From NCBI GenBank assembly GCA_044229975.1, contig JBGARZ010000018.1:32001-96000 (forward strand): a stretch of DNA of 64,000 bases. Direction: 5' to 3'. The translations under genes were made by a program, and so were the position numbers. Below the pieces are notes generated by a model that searched no databases, was not told where the DNA came from, and was given only the letters and a program-made list of their open reading frames with translations. The DNA is from Polyangiales bacterium (GTDB taxonomy: Bacteria > Myxococcota_A > Polyangia > Polyangiales > Ga0077539). Shown in pieces: positions 29,260 to 39,939 of the stretch (its first letter is position 1; every line of letters starts with the position of its first letter).

Positions 29260-29954
29260 GTGATGCCCTCGTCGTCTGCGCCGGCTGCTACCGCCACGTC
29301 CGCTCGTCGGAGCGCGCGTGCCCCATCTGCTCCGCCGCCAGCGGCGCAACGCCGCCCGCCTCGCGCCCGGGCGCCCTGCACACCGCAGTCATCGCCGCAG
29401 CCCTCGCGCTCGCGGTGAGCGATCGCGCCTACGCCCAGCAGAACCCGCCGACCAACCCGCGCCTCGACATGCTCCACGGCGGCGCCGAGGGCTACGGCGC
29501 TCCGCCCGCGCCGGGCCTCCCCGGCATCCACCCGCCCGGCGCGATCGCCCCGGAGCCCCGCACCGCCGCACCGCTGTTCGAGCTCGCCCGACAGCGTGTG
29601 CGGCCGAACAGTCGCCGTGCCCAGGCCCGCGAGCCGTGGCTCGTTGCTCTGCGCATCAAGGCCGACGGAGCGTGGAGTGCGCCGGGCCACTCGGGACGCC
29701 TGTTGCCGGCACAGCTCGCTGAACTCCGTACGGCGGCGGGGCGGACACCCCTTTCTCCCGACCCCACGAGCGTCCCGATCGACCCGCAGCCCCCGAGAGT
29801 TACGGAGCGCCTCACGCTCGGGGCGAGATCGGTGGGGTGGTCCGAAGCGAACATCGGTATGCCCGGCCGCGACATGCGTCACATCATCGAGCTCGCCTAT
29901 CGCCTGACCCGGGCCCGTCCTACAGCCACACCGTCAACGTCCCGAGCACAGTGA
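29256..29954 (+). CDS. Hypothetical protein with an N-terminal zinc-ribbon-like motif, a TM segment and a YGAPP motif
   Basis: CAGCYRHV...CPIC; hydrophobic AVIAAALALAV; YGAPP. Confidence 0.75.
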   Translation: MSDALVVCAGCYRHVRSSERACPICSAASGATPPASRPGALHTAVIAAALALAVSDRAYAQQNPPTNPRLDMLHGGAEGYGAPPAPGLPGIHPPGAIAPEPRTAAPLFELARQRVRPNSRRAQAREPWLVALRIKADGAWSAPGHSGRLLPAQLAELRTAAGRTPLSPDPTSVPIDPQPPRVTERLTLGARSVGWSEANIGMPGRDMRHIIELAYRLTRARPTATPSTSRAQ

Positions 29955-30058
29955 ACGGCCGGCCCCCCGCGGTGAAGTGCTGCACCGGCACCCGGCTGGT
30001 GTCCGCGCCCGGCGTGATCGAGACGTAGAAGCGCTTCGGGACAGAGGAGTCGGCGGCC

Positions 30059-31240
30059 TTGGTGAACGGCACGCCTGGTGCTGGGCGCCGCTTCATGCTT
30101 CACGCAACTCCCCCTGGAGCAGACGGCGTTTGTCGTCGCCGTGTGCTCGTCGACGCGGTGTTGTGGCTCGTGTTCCTCACGGGATGCGCGAGCCGACCTC
30201 CCGCGCGCACGGCGCGTGCCCTCGCAATGGAGACGCAACCGGTCGCGGTGGACACCTTCGTCGAAGCCACGCCCACACCCGACCCATCGCCGACCCTGGT
30301 CGTCGAGACGGCGGTTCCTCCGGCCGTCGCGACGGTGACGTGCACTGCGACGCTGCGGGCTGCGTTTCACCTGCGACCGCACATGACAGTGAGGTCGATC
30401 GGCCCCGAGCTCGCGGCGGGAAGTCGGGTCGTGGTGCTCGAAACGTCGACGATCTCCCGGAGGGGTGAGCTCGGCCCGGAGCCGGTCCTGAGCCGCGTCC
30501 GGGTCGTCGCGACCGGGGTCGAGGGCTACACCTTCGTCCACCCCCATGAACTCGGGCCGGGGTGTCCGCTTCTCCCCGACCGCGCTCAACGTACGGTCTC
30601 GCTGCGGGACCGCATCAGCGGTCGCCGGTTGCTTGATCGAGGTGAGGATCAGGGAGGCCGTGACGCGCGGCCGACGACCTCCTGGAGTTGGGCCTTCGAC
30701 GCCACACGCGACCGCGTGCTGGCGCGCTTCGACATCGATCAAAACGGCAGCCTTGAGACGCTGATCCGGGGCGGCCTCAGGGACGACGGACTGGCCCCCG
30801 CGGTCGTTCTCTTGCGTGAGGGCGTGCGCGGGCCGGTCGGCATCGTCGTCGCCGAGGAGCGGTACGTCGGGGAGAACTTCACCTCGAGCTTCGCCACGAC
30901 CCTTATCGCCGGGGGCGTCGTCTACGTTGCGATGGAGGAATCGGAGACGGGCGACTGTCGGCACTGTCGCGGCGCTTCGTGCGACCGCAACTCGTACGCG
31001 CTCTATCGCCTTCACCCCGACGGGTGGTTCGTCCGGGTGGCATCGATCCCTCTGAAGTCCCAGGGAGAGCGACTGCGCGTCCGCGGCGATGACGACGGAA
31101 CCCTGAGCGTCGAGAGCGAGACCACGCACCGACGCGCGTCGCTCCGCTTCGATCGGGCTGAGTTCCGGTTCGTCACGGACGCGCCAACACTGCCGGAGAA
31201 CGCGAGTGATCGCGGCGAGGACTTCTGCGAGAGGGACTGA
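30059..31240 (+). CDS. Lipoprotein, family D copy 2 (SH3-like domain); true start probably near 30142
   Basis: VFLTGC lipobox; TCTATLRAAFHLRP...GYTFV...GCP; DIDQNG loop. Confidence 0.75.
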   Translation: MVNGTPGAGRRFMLHATPPGADGVCRRRVLVDAVLWLVFLTGCASRPPARTARALAMETQPVAVDTFVEATPTPDPSPTLVVETAVPPAVATVTCTATLRAAFHLRPHMTVRSIGPELAAGSRVVVLETSTISRRGELGPEPVLSRVRVVATGVEGYTFVHPHELGPGCPLLPDRAQRTVSLRDRISGRRLLDRGEDQGGRDARPTTSWSWAFDATRDRVLARFDIDQNGSLETLIRGGLRDDGLAPAVVLLREGVRGPVGIVVAEERYVGENFTSSFATTLIAGGVVYVAMEESETGDCRHCRGASCDRNSYALYRLHPDGWFVRVASIPLKSQGERLRVRGDDDGTLSVESETTHRRASLRFDRAEFRFVTDAPTLPENASDRGEDFCERD

Positions 31241-31537
31241 CAGACGAGCAGTGGCGCGGCGCGAGCGCTCGTCTCGACCGCGTGAACGTGGGCAGCCCCG
31301 ACACGCGCTTCGACGCATGCCTCCGGTCCGTCGCACCCGTCCGTCGCGTCGCCGTCGCGCTCCTTGGTTGCCGCGTCGCCTGCCGACCGACCGCGTCTGA
31401 AAACGTCCGGTAGGTCACAGATGGAGGAGCAGCGTTCTCGATTCAAGAATCGGGAGGTCGATCCGGGCGTACGCGGGCAATCGATTGGTAAAGCCGGGCG
31501 CCGATCGACCGTCCCGCGCGTGTTACCGTCTCGTCCG

Positions 31538-34432
31538 ATGCGGGCGATGCGGGGGCTTCTTGTTGCGCTCGTTGCCGTCGTCGGCTGTCACCTTGCGCGC
31601 CGTCCGATGGTCGCCCCGGCAATGCCGCACGCCGCCGGGGACGTTCCGACGCGCGTGCTATGGCTCCCGCGGGGCGGTGGCCTGGACTTCTACGCGCGCG
31701 AGCCCGACGGCTTCGCGGACGTGCTCTTCGGCTCGCTGCGCGTGCAGGTGCGCGACGACGAGGTGCGTGTCGCGACCGACCAATTCGTGCTGCCAGTCAG
31801 CTACGCGGCGCCCGTCGCGCGCGGCTGGGTCTTCGTCGGCGAGGACGGCGTCTGCGCCGCGTCCAGGAGCTTCCTCGGGCCGCTCACGCGCGTGGGCGAC
31901 TTCCCCGACTTCCACCGCGAGTTCGGCTACCACGGCAGCGACAACCGCCAGCGCGGGCGCGTGGCGCTCGTCGATCGCGACCACGCCGCGTGGATGAGCG
32001 ACGGCGGGCCCTTCGTCCCCGTGACCGCCCTCGCGCCCCAGCGCGTCGAGCAGATCTACTTCGTCTCGGAGCGCTTCGGCGGCGCGATCACCGACGGCGG
32101 CCTCGTCTACTGCACGCGGGACGGCGGCGCGCGCTGGTCGCTGCTCGCGAACGAGGGCCGTGGCGCGACGCATATGAACCTGCGGCCGGAGGGCATCGAG
32201 GTGAACGCCGGAGACTGGCTGCGCCTCACGCCCGACTGCCGACTCGTCGACCGCGACGGCGAGGGTGACGCCCCGCCCGGCCCGCAGGAAGCGGGTTACC
32301 TTCCCGACGAGCCCGAGAGCGAGCGATGGCTGCGGGAAGACGGCGCGTCACTCCCGTGGCTGCTCGCGAGCGCCGACTCGGCGTGGATCGACCTGCTCAA
32401 CGGCCGCCCCCGCCCCGACGGCACCCTGCTCGCGAACACCCGCTCCGAGCTGCGCACGCTCGACGCCGCGACCGCGCGCGTGCTTCGGCGGGTGGGCGGC
32501 TACTACGAACCGTGCCGTATCGCCGACGCCGGTCACCTCGCGCGCCTCGACTGCCAGGAGAGCGGCTCACACGGCGCGGTCACCGCGTCGACCTCCTTCG
32601 TCGACCCCGGCGGCGCGCGATCGACGGTTCTCGACGCGGAGCATCTGCCCCCCGGCCTCGACCGCGCGGTGCCCTCCGATCGTGCCGGCGTCGCCGTCGC
32701 CCCCGGCGCGTGTCCAACGACCGTCGAACCGTCGCCCGAGCCCGCGAGCTTCGACGCGCTCTGTCAGTTCTCGTCGTCCACCTCGCCCGGGGTCACGCGC
32801 CCGCTCGCGCGACCTGGCACGAGGCTTCTTGGCGTCGCCGGATCGCGGGCGCTCCTCGCGCTGGGCGAACGTGCCCTCGGCGTCGTCGACCTCGCCGCGA
32901 CGGGCGCCGCCCTCGCGGTCGAGCCCGTGTTCACGGTCGCCGACGACCAGACCCTCGCCGTGGGCGTCGGGGTCGGAGGCTTCGTCACCGCGCTGACCTA
33001 TCGCGCGCACGCGCTGTCGGGCGTCGCGGTGGGCACGCTGGGTCGGCCGCTCGCCGCGGTCGCGCTCCCGCCCGGCGTCGACCGCGCGGTGTTCGCCGAC
33101 GCGGCGCACGGCCTCGCCTGGTCGATCGCATACGACCGCGTCGTCCGCACGCGCGACGGCGGCCGCCACTGGGAGCCACTCGCGCTGTCCTTCGACGGGC
33201 CCACCCAACTTCAAGGCCCCGAGGACTCCGAGCCCCCTCTCGACCCCGACTCCATGCACTGCACGCTCGACCGTTGCCTCATCGGCGGGCGGATCGTGGT
33301 CGCAGGCTGGGGGCCGCCCGCCCCCGACGCCGGCCTCTGGCTGCAAGTCCGCCCTGCGAACGAAGCGCCCGAAGCTCCTCCCGAGCGATGGTTCACGCCC
33401 GAGCAGATGCCGACGATGCGGTGCGCTCCTGACGGCGCGGCCGCGGCGCTGCCCGCGCTCCCGCCGATCGCGGCGCCCCCGGGGCACCGGGCGCGGACGT
33501 CGATGGCGCGCGCGATCGAAGGCGGCATGCACGCGGTGCTCTGGTTCGACGAGCGACAGCGACTGCGCGCGCGCTTCGCGTGGCGAGGTCGCGACGCACG
33601 GGGAGGCTTCGCCGGAGCGAGCGCTGCGGCGGAGGTGCCGGGGCCGCTCGCCGCGGAGGCGGGCGCGCTCGGAGCGGTCGAGCTCCGCGCGCTGGCGGTG
33701 GGTCGCACCGGCGCGCGGGTGGAACTCCATTCAGCGGCGATGAACAGCAGCGTCCTGTTGCGGCTGCGAGCCGGCGGCGCCCCCGAGCGTGTCGGCAGTG
33801 GCTCCCCCGTCCTCGACCCGCACGTGGTGCTGCGCTCGCGCGGCGCGTCCTTCACGGCGCTGCTCCCGGCGGCCGCCGGAGACTCGGAAGGAGGCGCCCG
33901 CATCGTCGACCTGACCGAAGGCAACGGCCCGGTCGCGGCGCGCTGGTTGTCCTTCCCGCGCTGGAGCGAGCGCAGCCGGGCCGAGCAGGAGGCGCGCGAT
34001 CGCGAGCCGGGCCGACACTCGTGGCTCCCGATGGCGCTCGCGGAGCGCGGCGACGTGCGCGGGGCGGCGCTCCTCGTCCACGGCGCGCCCGCGCGCTTCG
34101 CGGTCTACCCCGTCGCCCCATCGCCCGACGCCGCCCCCGTGTTCGCCCCCTACAACGCCCGGGGCAACCTCCGCCCCTGCGCCGCGATGCCCGCCCCCGA
34201 CGCGTGGACGCTCTCCCTCGACGCGGGCGACGCGTCGTGGGTGTCGCCCTCGCTGCCCGACGCTCGCACCTTGGTCGTCGTCGAGGCAGGCGCGGAGGGC
34301 GTCTGCCTGCGCGCGGTCGAGCAGGTCGGACGCGACGCCGCGTGGTCCGTTGCCGCGTCCGACGGCGGCGTGATGCGCGGGACGAGGGTGTCCGCCGACA
34401 ATGCCCGCCCACTGCGCTGCGAGGTGCGATGA
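31538..34432 (+). CDS. Family A lipoprotein A2 (964 aa)
   Basis: VVGC lipobox; REPDG, FLGPL, QRGRVALVDR..AWMSDGG, two TRDGG.(R/H)W Asp-boxes, GWGP, GVCLR; TGnTACCGT 8 nt before the ATG. Confidence 0.9.
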   Translation: MRAMRGLLVALVAVVGCHLARRPMVAPAMPHAAGDVPTRVLWLPRGGGLDFYAREPDGFADVLFGSLRVQVRDDEVRVATDQFVLPVSYAAPVARGWVFVGEDGVCAASRSFLGPLTRVGDFPDFHREFGYHGSDNRQRGRVALVDRDHAAWMSDGGPFVPVTALAPQRVEQIYFVSERFGGAITDGGLVYCTRDGGARWSLLANEGRGATHMNLRPEGIEVNAGDWLRLTPDCRLVDRDGEGDAPPGPQEAGYLPDEPESERWLREDGASLPWLLASADSAWIDLLNGRPRPDGTLLANTRSELRTLDAATARVLRRVGGYYEPCRIADAGHLARLDCQESGSHGAVTASTSFVDPGGARSTVLDAEHLPPGLDRAVPSDRAGVAVAPGACPTTVEPSPEPASFDALCQFSSSTSPGVTRPLARPGTRLLGVAGSRALLALGERALGVVDLAATGAALAVEPVFTVADDQTLAVGVGVGGFVTALTYRAHALSGVAVGTLGRPLAAVALPPGVDRAVFADAAHGLAWSIAYDRVVRTRDGGRHWEPLALSFDGPTQLQGPEDSEPPLDPDSMHCTLDRCLIGGRIVVAGWGPPAPDAGLWLQVRPANEAPEAPPERWFTPEQMPTMRCAPDGAAAALPALPPIAAPPGHRARTSMARAIEGGMHAVLWFDERQRLRARFAWRGRDARGGFAGASAAAEVPGPLAAEAGALGAVELRALAVGRTGARVELHSAAMNSSVLLRLRAGGAPERVGSGSPVLDPHVVLRSRGASFTALLPAAAGDSEGGARIVDLTEGNGPVAARWLSFPRWSERSRAEQEARDREPGRHSWLPMALAERGDVRGAALLVHGAPARFAVYPVAPSPDAAPVFAPYNARGNLRPCAAMPAPDAWTLSLDAGDASWVSPSLPDARTLVVVEAGAEGVCLRAVEQVGRDAAWSVAASDGGVMRGTRVSADNARPLRCEVR

Positions 34433-37059
34433 GACGGTCTCTTTGGGGCGCGTTGTTGCTCTCGGCTTGCCTGCGCCCGACGACGCGCCCGGTGGCGCCG
34501 CAGCGATCGTCCGATACCGCGCCCGCTGCGGGGACGGCGCGGGTCTGGACACGCTCCGCCGCGGACTACAGCGCGTGGTGGATCGGCGACGAGGGCGCGA
34601 CGCGGCGGGTGTTGCTGGGCGGTCGTCGGCTCGAGAGCGAGGGCGGGGCGGTGCGCGCGGCCGCGGGCGGATTCGGCGCGCCCATCGTGGCGGTGTGGTC
34701 GGCGGACGGCCGCTGGGACTTCGCGGCGGTCAACGCGCGCTGGTCGTCACCGTCGTTCCTCGGGCCGCTGCGGCTGGTCGCGGAGGTGCCGTCCGGCGTG
34801 CTCGGGCGGGGCAATGGGCGTGTCGTGGTGATCCGCGACGGCACGGCGGAGGGCCTCGGACTGCCCGCGGGCTTCGTGCTCGACGCGGCCTTCGGCGACG
34901 ACTTCCGCGGCCTCGCCCTGCTCGAGCCCGGCCGGCTGTTGCACACCGAAGACGGCGGACAGCGGTGGTCGCCGCTCGCGCTCGACGACGCACCGCTGGA
35001 GGTCTTCGCGGCAGGCGAGCGCCGTTGGGTCCGCGGCGAGTCGGGCTGCCACGAGGTCGACGCGACCGGCGCGGCGCGGGCGTCCTCGTGCGATGCGCTG
35101 CCGTTGCTCCGCCCGCTGCCGCCGGAGACCTCGGTCGACGCGATGCGAGAGGCGTCCTCCGACCGCGACTGGCAGCCGTTGGCCTTTACCGACGCCTCGC
35201 AGCGACGGGTGTTGGTGCGCGTGCGCGAACACCGTGATGCGCAGCACCCCGCGCGTGGTGCCGTCTACGACCTCGATAGCGATGACCTCGTCGCGGGTAC
35301 CGACGGCGACCTTCCCTGCGAGCCGACGGACATCTTCGTGGCCGACCGCCCGTACCTGCGTTGCCGGGGCGAGGAGGCGTCCGCGGTCCTGTGGTCGCTG
35401 GACGCCGACGGGCGCTGGCGCGAGCGGCTGCGCACCTGGGACTGCGAGCGGGAGTCGAGCTGCGCCGCGAGCGCCGACGGCGCGCGGGTGACGTGCACCG
35501 GGCGCTGCGACGCGGGCGCGACGTGCGCGGGCGGCACCACGATCTGCGAGCGCGCGGGAGAGGGCGCGTCGCGCCAATGGACGGAGGGGTCGGCCGTGCG
35601 CACGTGGAGCGTCGCGGGCTACGAGGGCGACGCTCCGTTGCTCGTCGACCGACGGGAGTGGCTCGCCCACGCGGAGCTGCGGCGCGGCGCAGGCGGGCCC
35701 ACCCCGCTGGTCGCGAGCCCGTCGGCGGTGGGACTGCGGCGCGACGGTCGGGACCTTCGGCTCGGCCGCGACGGTCGCATCCGCTTCGGGGTGCAGGGCC
35801 CCGACGGCGCCGCGCCCGTAACCCTTGAGGGCGCGCCCGGCGGCGTCTTCAGGCCACGACCCGCGCCTCCGTGGGCCGCGCCGGACGCGACCCGCGCGGC
35901 CTTCTCGTTCTGCGGGTCCGACGGCGTCGCCATGGCCATCGCGCCCGACGGCGTGCCCTGGCGTTCGGACGGAGTCGACGGACCGTGGCGGCCATTGGGC
36001 CCGGCGGAAATACCCGCCCGCTCGACCGCCCGGCAGGTCGCATGTTCGTCGCTGGGCTGGTCGCCCAACGAGCGCGACCTCGTCGTCGGTTGGGGACCGG
36101 TCGCGCCGTCTCGTCACGGGGCCGTCGGCATCCCGGCGCCCGAGCGCCCGCGCGATGAGCCGACCCCGTGGCGATGCACGCCGCGCGGATCTGATCGACC
36201 GCGCTCGGGGCAACCGCCGCGGATGCAGTGGGTCGACCCGGCCTCGCAGCGCGACCTCATTCAGCGGGTCGGACCGATGGTGCACCTATGGAGCTTCGCG
36301 CGGTCGACCCCGTCGTCGCCCGCACCGCGCGTACTTCGTTACCGCGCGGGCCCGCCTGCGGGCGGTCCGAGCTCCGGCGTGCCCTGGAGCATGCTCGCGG
36401 CCGGCCCCGCACGCGCGACGGCGCTCGTGTGGGCGCCGGACGCCGAGGGCGAGCCGCCGCGCGCCCGGCTGTTGACGCTCACGCCGGGCGCCGCGCCCGT
36501 CACCTCTGCGCCGCTGCCCGGTTGGGTGTCCGCGTCGATGTACGGCAGCGCTCGCACGCTCGTCGCCCGCGAGGGCGAGTTCATCGCCGCGTTGTCCGTC
36601 AGCGCGGAGGGGTATCCAAGCGCCCCCTCTCGGGCGCGCGCCGCCGGCTTCCTCACGATCGCGCCCGGCGCCGCGCCGATGGCGCGCCGGGTGTCCCTCG
36701 ACGCGGGGCTGCGGCCGCCCGGGGTGTTCGTGCTCGACGGCCGCGCGGGTCTCTGGCGGGTGCGGGCCGACGGGAGCGTCGAGGGAGAAGCGCCGGGCGA
36801 GTCGACCCGGGTGCTGGCGCGCGCGGTCGCGCTGACGGCGTGCGGGCCTTCGGCGCGGGGGGCGTTCACCCTCGACGCGCTGGCGCCAACGCCAGACTCC
36901 ACGGTGACCTCACGCGCGGAAGAGGAGTACGCGCTCGATGGAGACACCCTCTGCCTGCGCATCTTGCGTTCGGCCAACGTGATCGCTGCGCCCACCGCCA
37001 CCGGCGTCACGGGCGTGCGCGACGAAACGATGACCGTGGATTGCGTGCGGCCGCCCTGA
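34429..37059 (+). CDS. Family B lipoprotein B2 (876 aa)
   Basis: MRRSLWGALLLSAC; ATGA overlap with A2; all family B motifs. Confidence 0.9.
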   Translation: MRRSLWGALLLSACLRPTTRPVAPQRSSDTAPAAGTARVWTRSAADYSAWWIGDEGATRRVLLGGRRLESEGGAVRAAAGGFGAPIVAVWSADGRWDFAAVNARWSSPSFLGPLRLVAEVPSGVLGRGNGRVVVIRDGTAEGLGLPAGFVLDAAFGDDFRGLALLEPGRLLHTEDGGQRWSPLALDDAPLEVFAAGERRWVRGESGCHEVDATGAARASSCDALPLLRPLPPETSVDAMREASSDRDWQPLAFTDASQRRVLVRVREHRDAQHPARGAVYDLDSDDLVAGTDGDLPCEPTDIFVADRPYLRCRGEEASAVLWSLDADGRWRERLRTWDCERESSCAASADGARVTCTGRCDAGATCAGGTTICERAGEGASRQWTEGSAVRTWSVAGYEGDAPLLVDRREWLAHAELRRGAGGPTPLVASPSAVGLRRDGRDLRLGRDGRIRFGVQGPDGAAPVTLEGAPGGVFRPRPAPPWAAPDATRAAFSFCGSDGVAMAIAPDGVPWRSDGVDGPWRPLGPAEIPARSTARQVACSSLGWSPNERDLVVGWGPVAPSRHGAVGIPAPERPRDEPTPWRCTPRGSDRPRSGQPPRMQWVDPASQRDLIQRVGPMVHLWSFARSTPSSPAPRVLRYRAGPPAGGPSSGVPWSMLAAGPARATALVWAPDAEGEPPRARLLTLTPGAAPVTSAPLPGWVSASMYGSARTLVAREGEFIAALSVSAEGYPSAPSRARAAGFLTIAPGAAPMARRVSLDAGLRPPGVFVLDGRAGLWRVRADGSVEGEAPGESTRVLARAVALTACGPSARGAFTLDALAPTPDSTVTSRAEEEYALDGDTLCLRILRSANVIAAPTATGVTGVRDETMTVDCVRPP

Positions 37060-37121
37060 GCCCCCCATCGCTCCTCGCGCTGGCTCGTGGATCCTTCGCA
37101 CCGCCACGTTGTCACAGCGCC

Positions 37122-39860
37122 ATGAGGTCCGCCCCCACCCTCGTTCTGCTCGCCTCGCTCGCCGCCTGCACCCCCCCTCCCCTGAACCGCCCCGACGCCT
37201 CCGCCGACGCCCCGTCGGCCCTGCGATCACGCAGTGGGGAATCCCCACATCTCCCCCGCACGGCCGCCATCGCGGCGGTGCAGAACCGCGGCATCTTCGC
37301 GTCCCTCGGGGCAGCCGGCGGCGAGTCCGAGTCGTCGGACTTCTCCCCACCCAACGGCCCCTTCGGTCGACACCGCTACGAGGGCTGCTCCGCCGAGGAG
37401 CGCGCGGCGCACGACTGCCTCCCTGGCGACCACCTCTCGCAGCGCCTGCTCGACCGCGACGCGCGCGCCATCCTCTCCGCCCGCCGTCGGGCGCCCGCCG
37501 CGCTGGGGCCCTCGTGGGACCGACGGTCCCTGACGCCGGGCATCCGCCGCGTTTCCGAGAAGATGGGCCTCGACCGGGGCGTGCTCGCCGCCCTCCGCCG
37601 CAACGGCTTTGCAGTGCTCGACCGCGAGAACTTCCACTCTCCCTACGAGGCCCTGCGCGAGATCTACCGCCGCGAGCTGCCGCTCTACGTGACGTCCGAC
37701 GCGATCCTGCACGCGGTGTTTCGCAGCCACGAGGCCATCGTCGAGACGCTCGAAGCGCCCCTCGCTGCGCGCCTTGCCAACGCACTCGCCAACGCCCAGG
37801 CCGCGCTCCCCGCCGCGAGCGCACGCTGGCCATCGGAGGTCGGTCGCGACGTCGACCTGTACCTCACCGTCGCGCGGTCGCTGCTCACCGGACAGGTCGT
37901 CACCGCAGCGTTCGCCGGCACCAATGTCGAAGCCGCGCGCCTCGTCGCCCTCGTCGTGAACGCCGCGGGCCTCGACACGCCAACGCTGTTCGGCCGCCGC
38001 CGCACCGTCGACTTCTCGGTCTTCGCACCCCGCGGCCCCTATGCCGAAAACGAGCAACGAAGGCGGTGGTTCCGCGGCGCGACGTGGCTCTCGCGCCTGG
38101 AGTTCAACCTCGTGTCGCGCGACTGCCAGAGCTCGCCGCCGGGCTTCGCCCTCCTCCCCGACGAGACCCCGCGCGAGGCCCTCGCCGCGCTCGCGCTCGC
38201 CGAACTCCTCGCCCGCGATGACGTCCGCGAGGTGGTCGCTCGTGCCGAGGGCTTCTGGTCGTCGCTCGCGGGCCGTCGTGAAGACGTTTCCCCCGCCGAC
38301 CTGACCCGCCTCCGCGCCGGGGCATGCATCGAGCGCCTCGACGAGCCCGACGCCTTCGCGCGCTTGTCACGGGCGATCGGGGAGGGTTTCCCCCGCACGG
38401 CGCGCACGCACCCGATGCCGGGCGGCGTTCGGCGCCAACCGGTGATCGCCACGGTGTTGGGGCCCCGGGTGGTGCCCGACGCGGCCATGACCTGGCACCT
38501 GGTACACGACGCCGTAGAAGACCGCTACGACCTCGGCGCGGCCGACGTGGCCTATGCCCTTGGGCATGAGCCCGCCGCGCGTTACCTGGCCGAGGATCTC
38601 ACCGACTTCCCCAATCTGCGCGCGGGCTTCGCGCAGGCGCGCGCCGTCGCCCTGGCGCCCGCGACCGGCGACGACCTCTATGGCGCGTGGTTCGAGGCGG
38701 TGCGCTCGCTCGCGCGGCGTCCCGCCGGGGTGCTGCCTTCGTTCATGGCGGGGCGCGCCTGGGACGACCTGCGCATGAACTCTCTCGTCGCGGGCTTCGG
38801 GCAGATCCGCCACGCCAACGCGCTCGTCGCCGCGGCCAGCTACGACGGCGCGGCGTGCGCCATCCCCGACGCCTATGTCGAGCCGACGCCCGATCTCTAC
38901 GACGCGCTGCTGGCCTACACGTCGCGCCTGCGGGCGGTCGTCGCCCGCCAGGGCGACTGGCTCTCCGCCGAAGACCGCGCAAGCCTCGCGCGCTACCTCG
39001 ACGAGTCCGAGCAGACGTTCCGGGTTCTACGCCGTGTGGTGGCGGACGAGCTCGCGGGACGCGCCCTCACCGCGACGCAGCGCCGCTTCGTCGGGTCGGT
39101 CGTCGAGGTGATGCCCTCCTCGATGGGCGCGCCCTACCACACGGGCTGGTACCTGGACCTGTTCCCTGGCGAGGAGCCCGCGATGAAGACCGGCGCCTTC
39201 GCGACGGACTGGTACGCCTCCGTCAACACCGGCCGCGTCGCCTACGTGGGCGTCCGCACCACGCGTCTCGGACTCTTCGTGGTCGATCGCGGTGGCCCCC
39301 CGCGCCTGATGGTGGGCCCCGTCGCGCGGGCCTTCGAGTACGGCGGAAGACTCACGCAGCGTCTCGACGACGAGGCCGTGCGCGCGTTGCCCGACGCGTC
39401 GTTGGCCGAGCCGTGGGCCGCCTCGTACACGGTGACGCCGTTCGCCCCGCCCCCGCTGCGCATCGACCGCGTCGCGGAGGAGGACGACGATCGGCCCGCC
39501 GCGCGTGACGTCGCCGGGCGTTTCACGGTACGCGCGCTGGCCCCGCAGGGAACGCTTCGGGTGGAGTACCTCGACGCGCACTGGCGTGTGGTCGCTCGCG
39601 GCGAGGCGGCAGTGGTCGCGGGGTCGGCGGCGGTGACGGTGCGCTGGTCCGCGACGGTGCTGCGGGCGCACTCTCGCTCGCGCGTCGACGCGGAGGGTCG
39701 CGGGGGACTCGACGGCGTGGTGTGCGGGACGAGGGTCCGACTGGGGGAGTGGACTGCGGTCGCCTCGTCGCGCTCGGAGGACGCCGGACACGCCTGCGAC
39801 ATCGAGGCGGTCGACGTCGAAATGGACACGCTCTCCGGCACGAACACCGACGCGGATTGA
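37122..39860 (+). CDS. DUF3160-family lipoprotein
   Basis: LAAC lipobox; NGFAV, PLYVTSDAILH, DFSVFAPRGPY, WFRGATWL, QIRH, YVEP. Confidence 0.85.
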   Translation: MRSAPTLVLLASLAACTPPPLNRPDASADAPSALRSRSGESPHLPRTAAIAAVQNRGIFASLGAAGGESESSDFSPPNGPFGRHRYEGCSAEERAAHDCLPGDHLSQRLLDRDARAILSARRRAPAALGPSWDRRSLTPGIRRVSEKMGLDRGVLAALRRNGFAVLDRENFHSPYEALREIYRRELPLYVTSDAILHAVFRSHEAIVETLEAPLAARLANALANAQAALPAASARWPSEVGRDVDLYLTVARSLLTGQVVTAAFAGTNVEAARLVALVVNAAGLDTPTLFGRRRTVDFSVFAPRGPYAENEQRRRWFRGATWLSRLEFNLVSRDCQSSPPGFALLPDETPREALAALALAELLARDDVREVVARAEGFWSSLAGRREDVSPADLTRLRAGACIERLDEPDAFARLSRAIGEGFPRTARTHPMPGGVRRQPVIATVLGPRVVPDAAMTWHLVHDAVEDRYDLGAADVAYALGHEPAARYLAEDLTDFPNLRAGFAQARAVALAPATGDDLYGAWFEAVRSLARRPAGVLPSFMAGRAWDDLRMNSLVAGFGQIRHANALVAAASYDGAACAIPDAYVEPTPDLYDALLAYTSRLRAVVARQGDWLSAEDRASLARYLDESEQTFRVLRRVVADELAGRALTATQRRFVGSVVEVMPSSMGAPYHTGWYLDLFPGEEPAMKTGAFATDWYASVNTGRVAYVGVRTTRLGLFVVDRGGPPRLMVGPVARAFEYGGRLTQRLDDEAVRALPDASLAEPWAASYTVTPFAPPPLRIDRVAEEDDDRPAARDVAGRFTVRALAPQGTLRVEYLDAHWRVVARGEAAVVAGSAAVTVRWSATVLRAHSRSRVDAEGRGGLDGVVCGTRVRLGEWTAVASSRSEDAGHACDIEAVDVEMDTLSGTNTDAD

Positions 39861-39939
39861 TCGACAAACGGATTACTCCATCGAAGCGGCGCGACGTTCG
39901 AGAAGGATCCGACCTGATACGATCGGCCGCGCGGACCCG

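Noticed and set aside
27402..36716. Diversity-generating retroelement template/variable repeat pair
   Set aside because: Mismatches are not adenine-specific (G/C, T/C, G/T and TT/GC occur), the repeat is not at the gene end, and no reverse transcriptase is present
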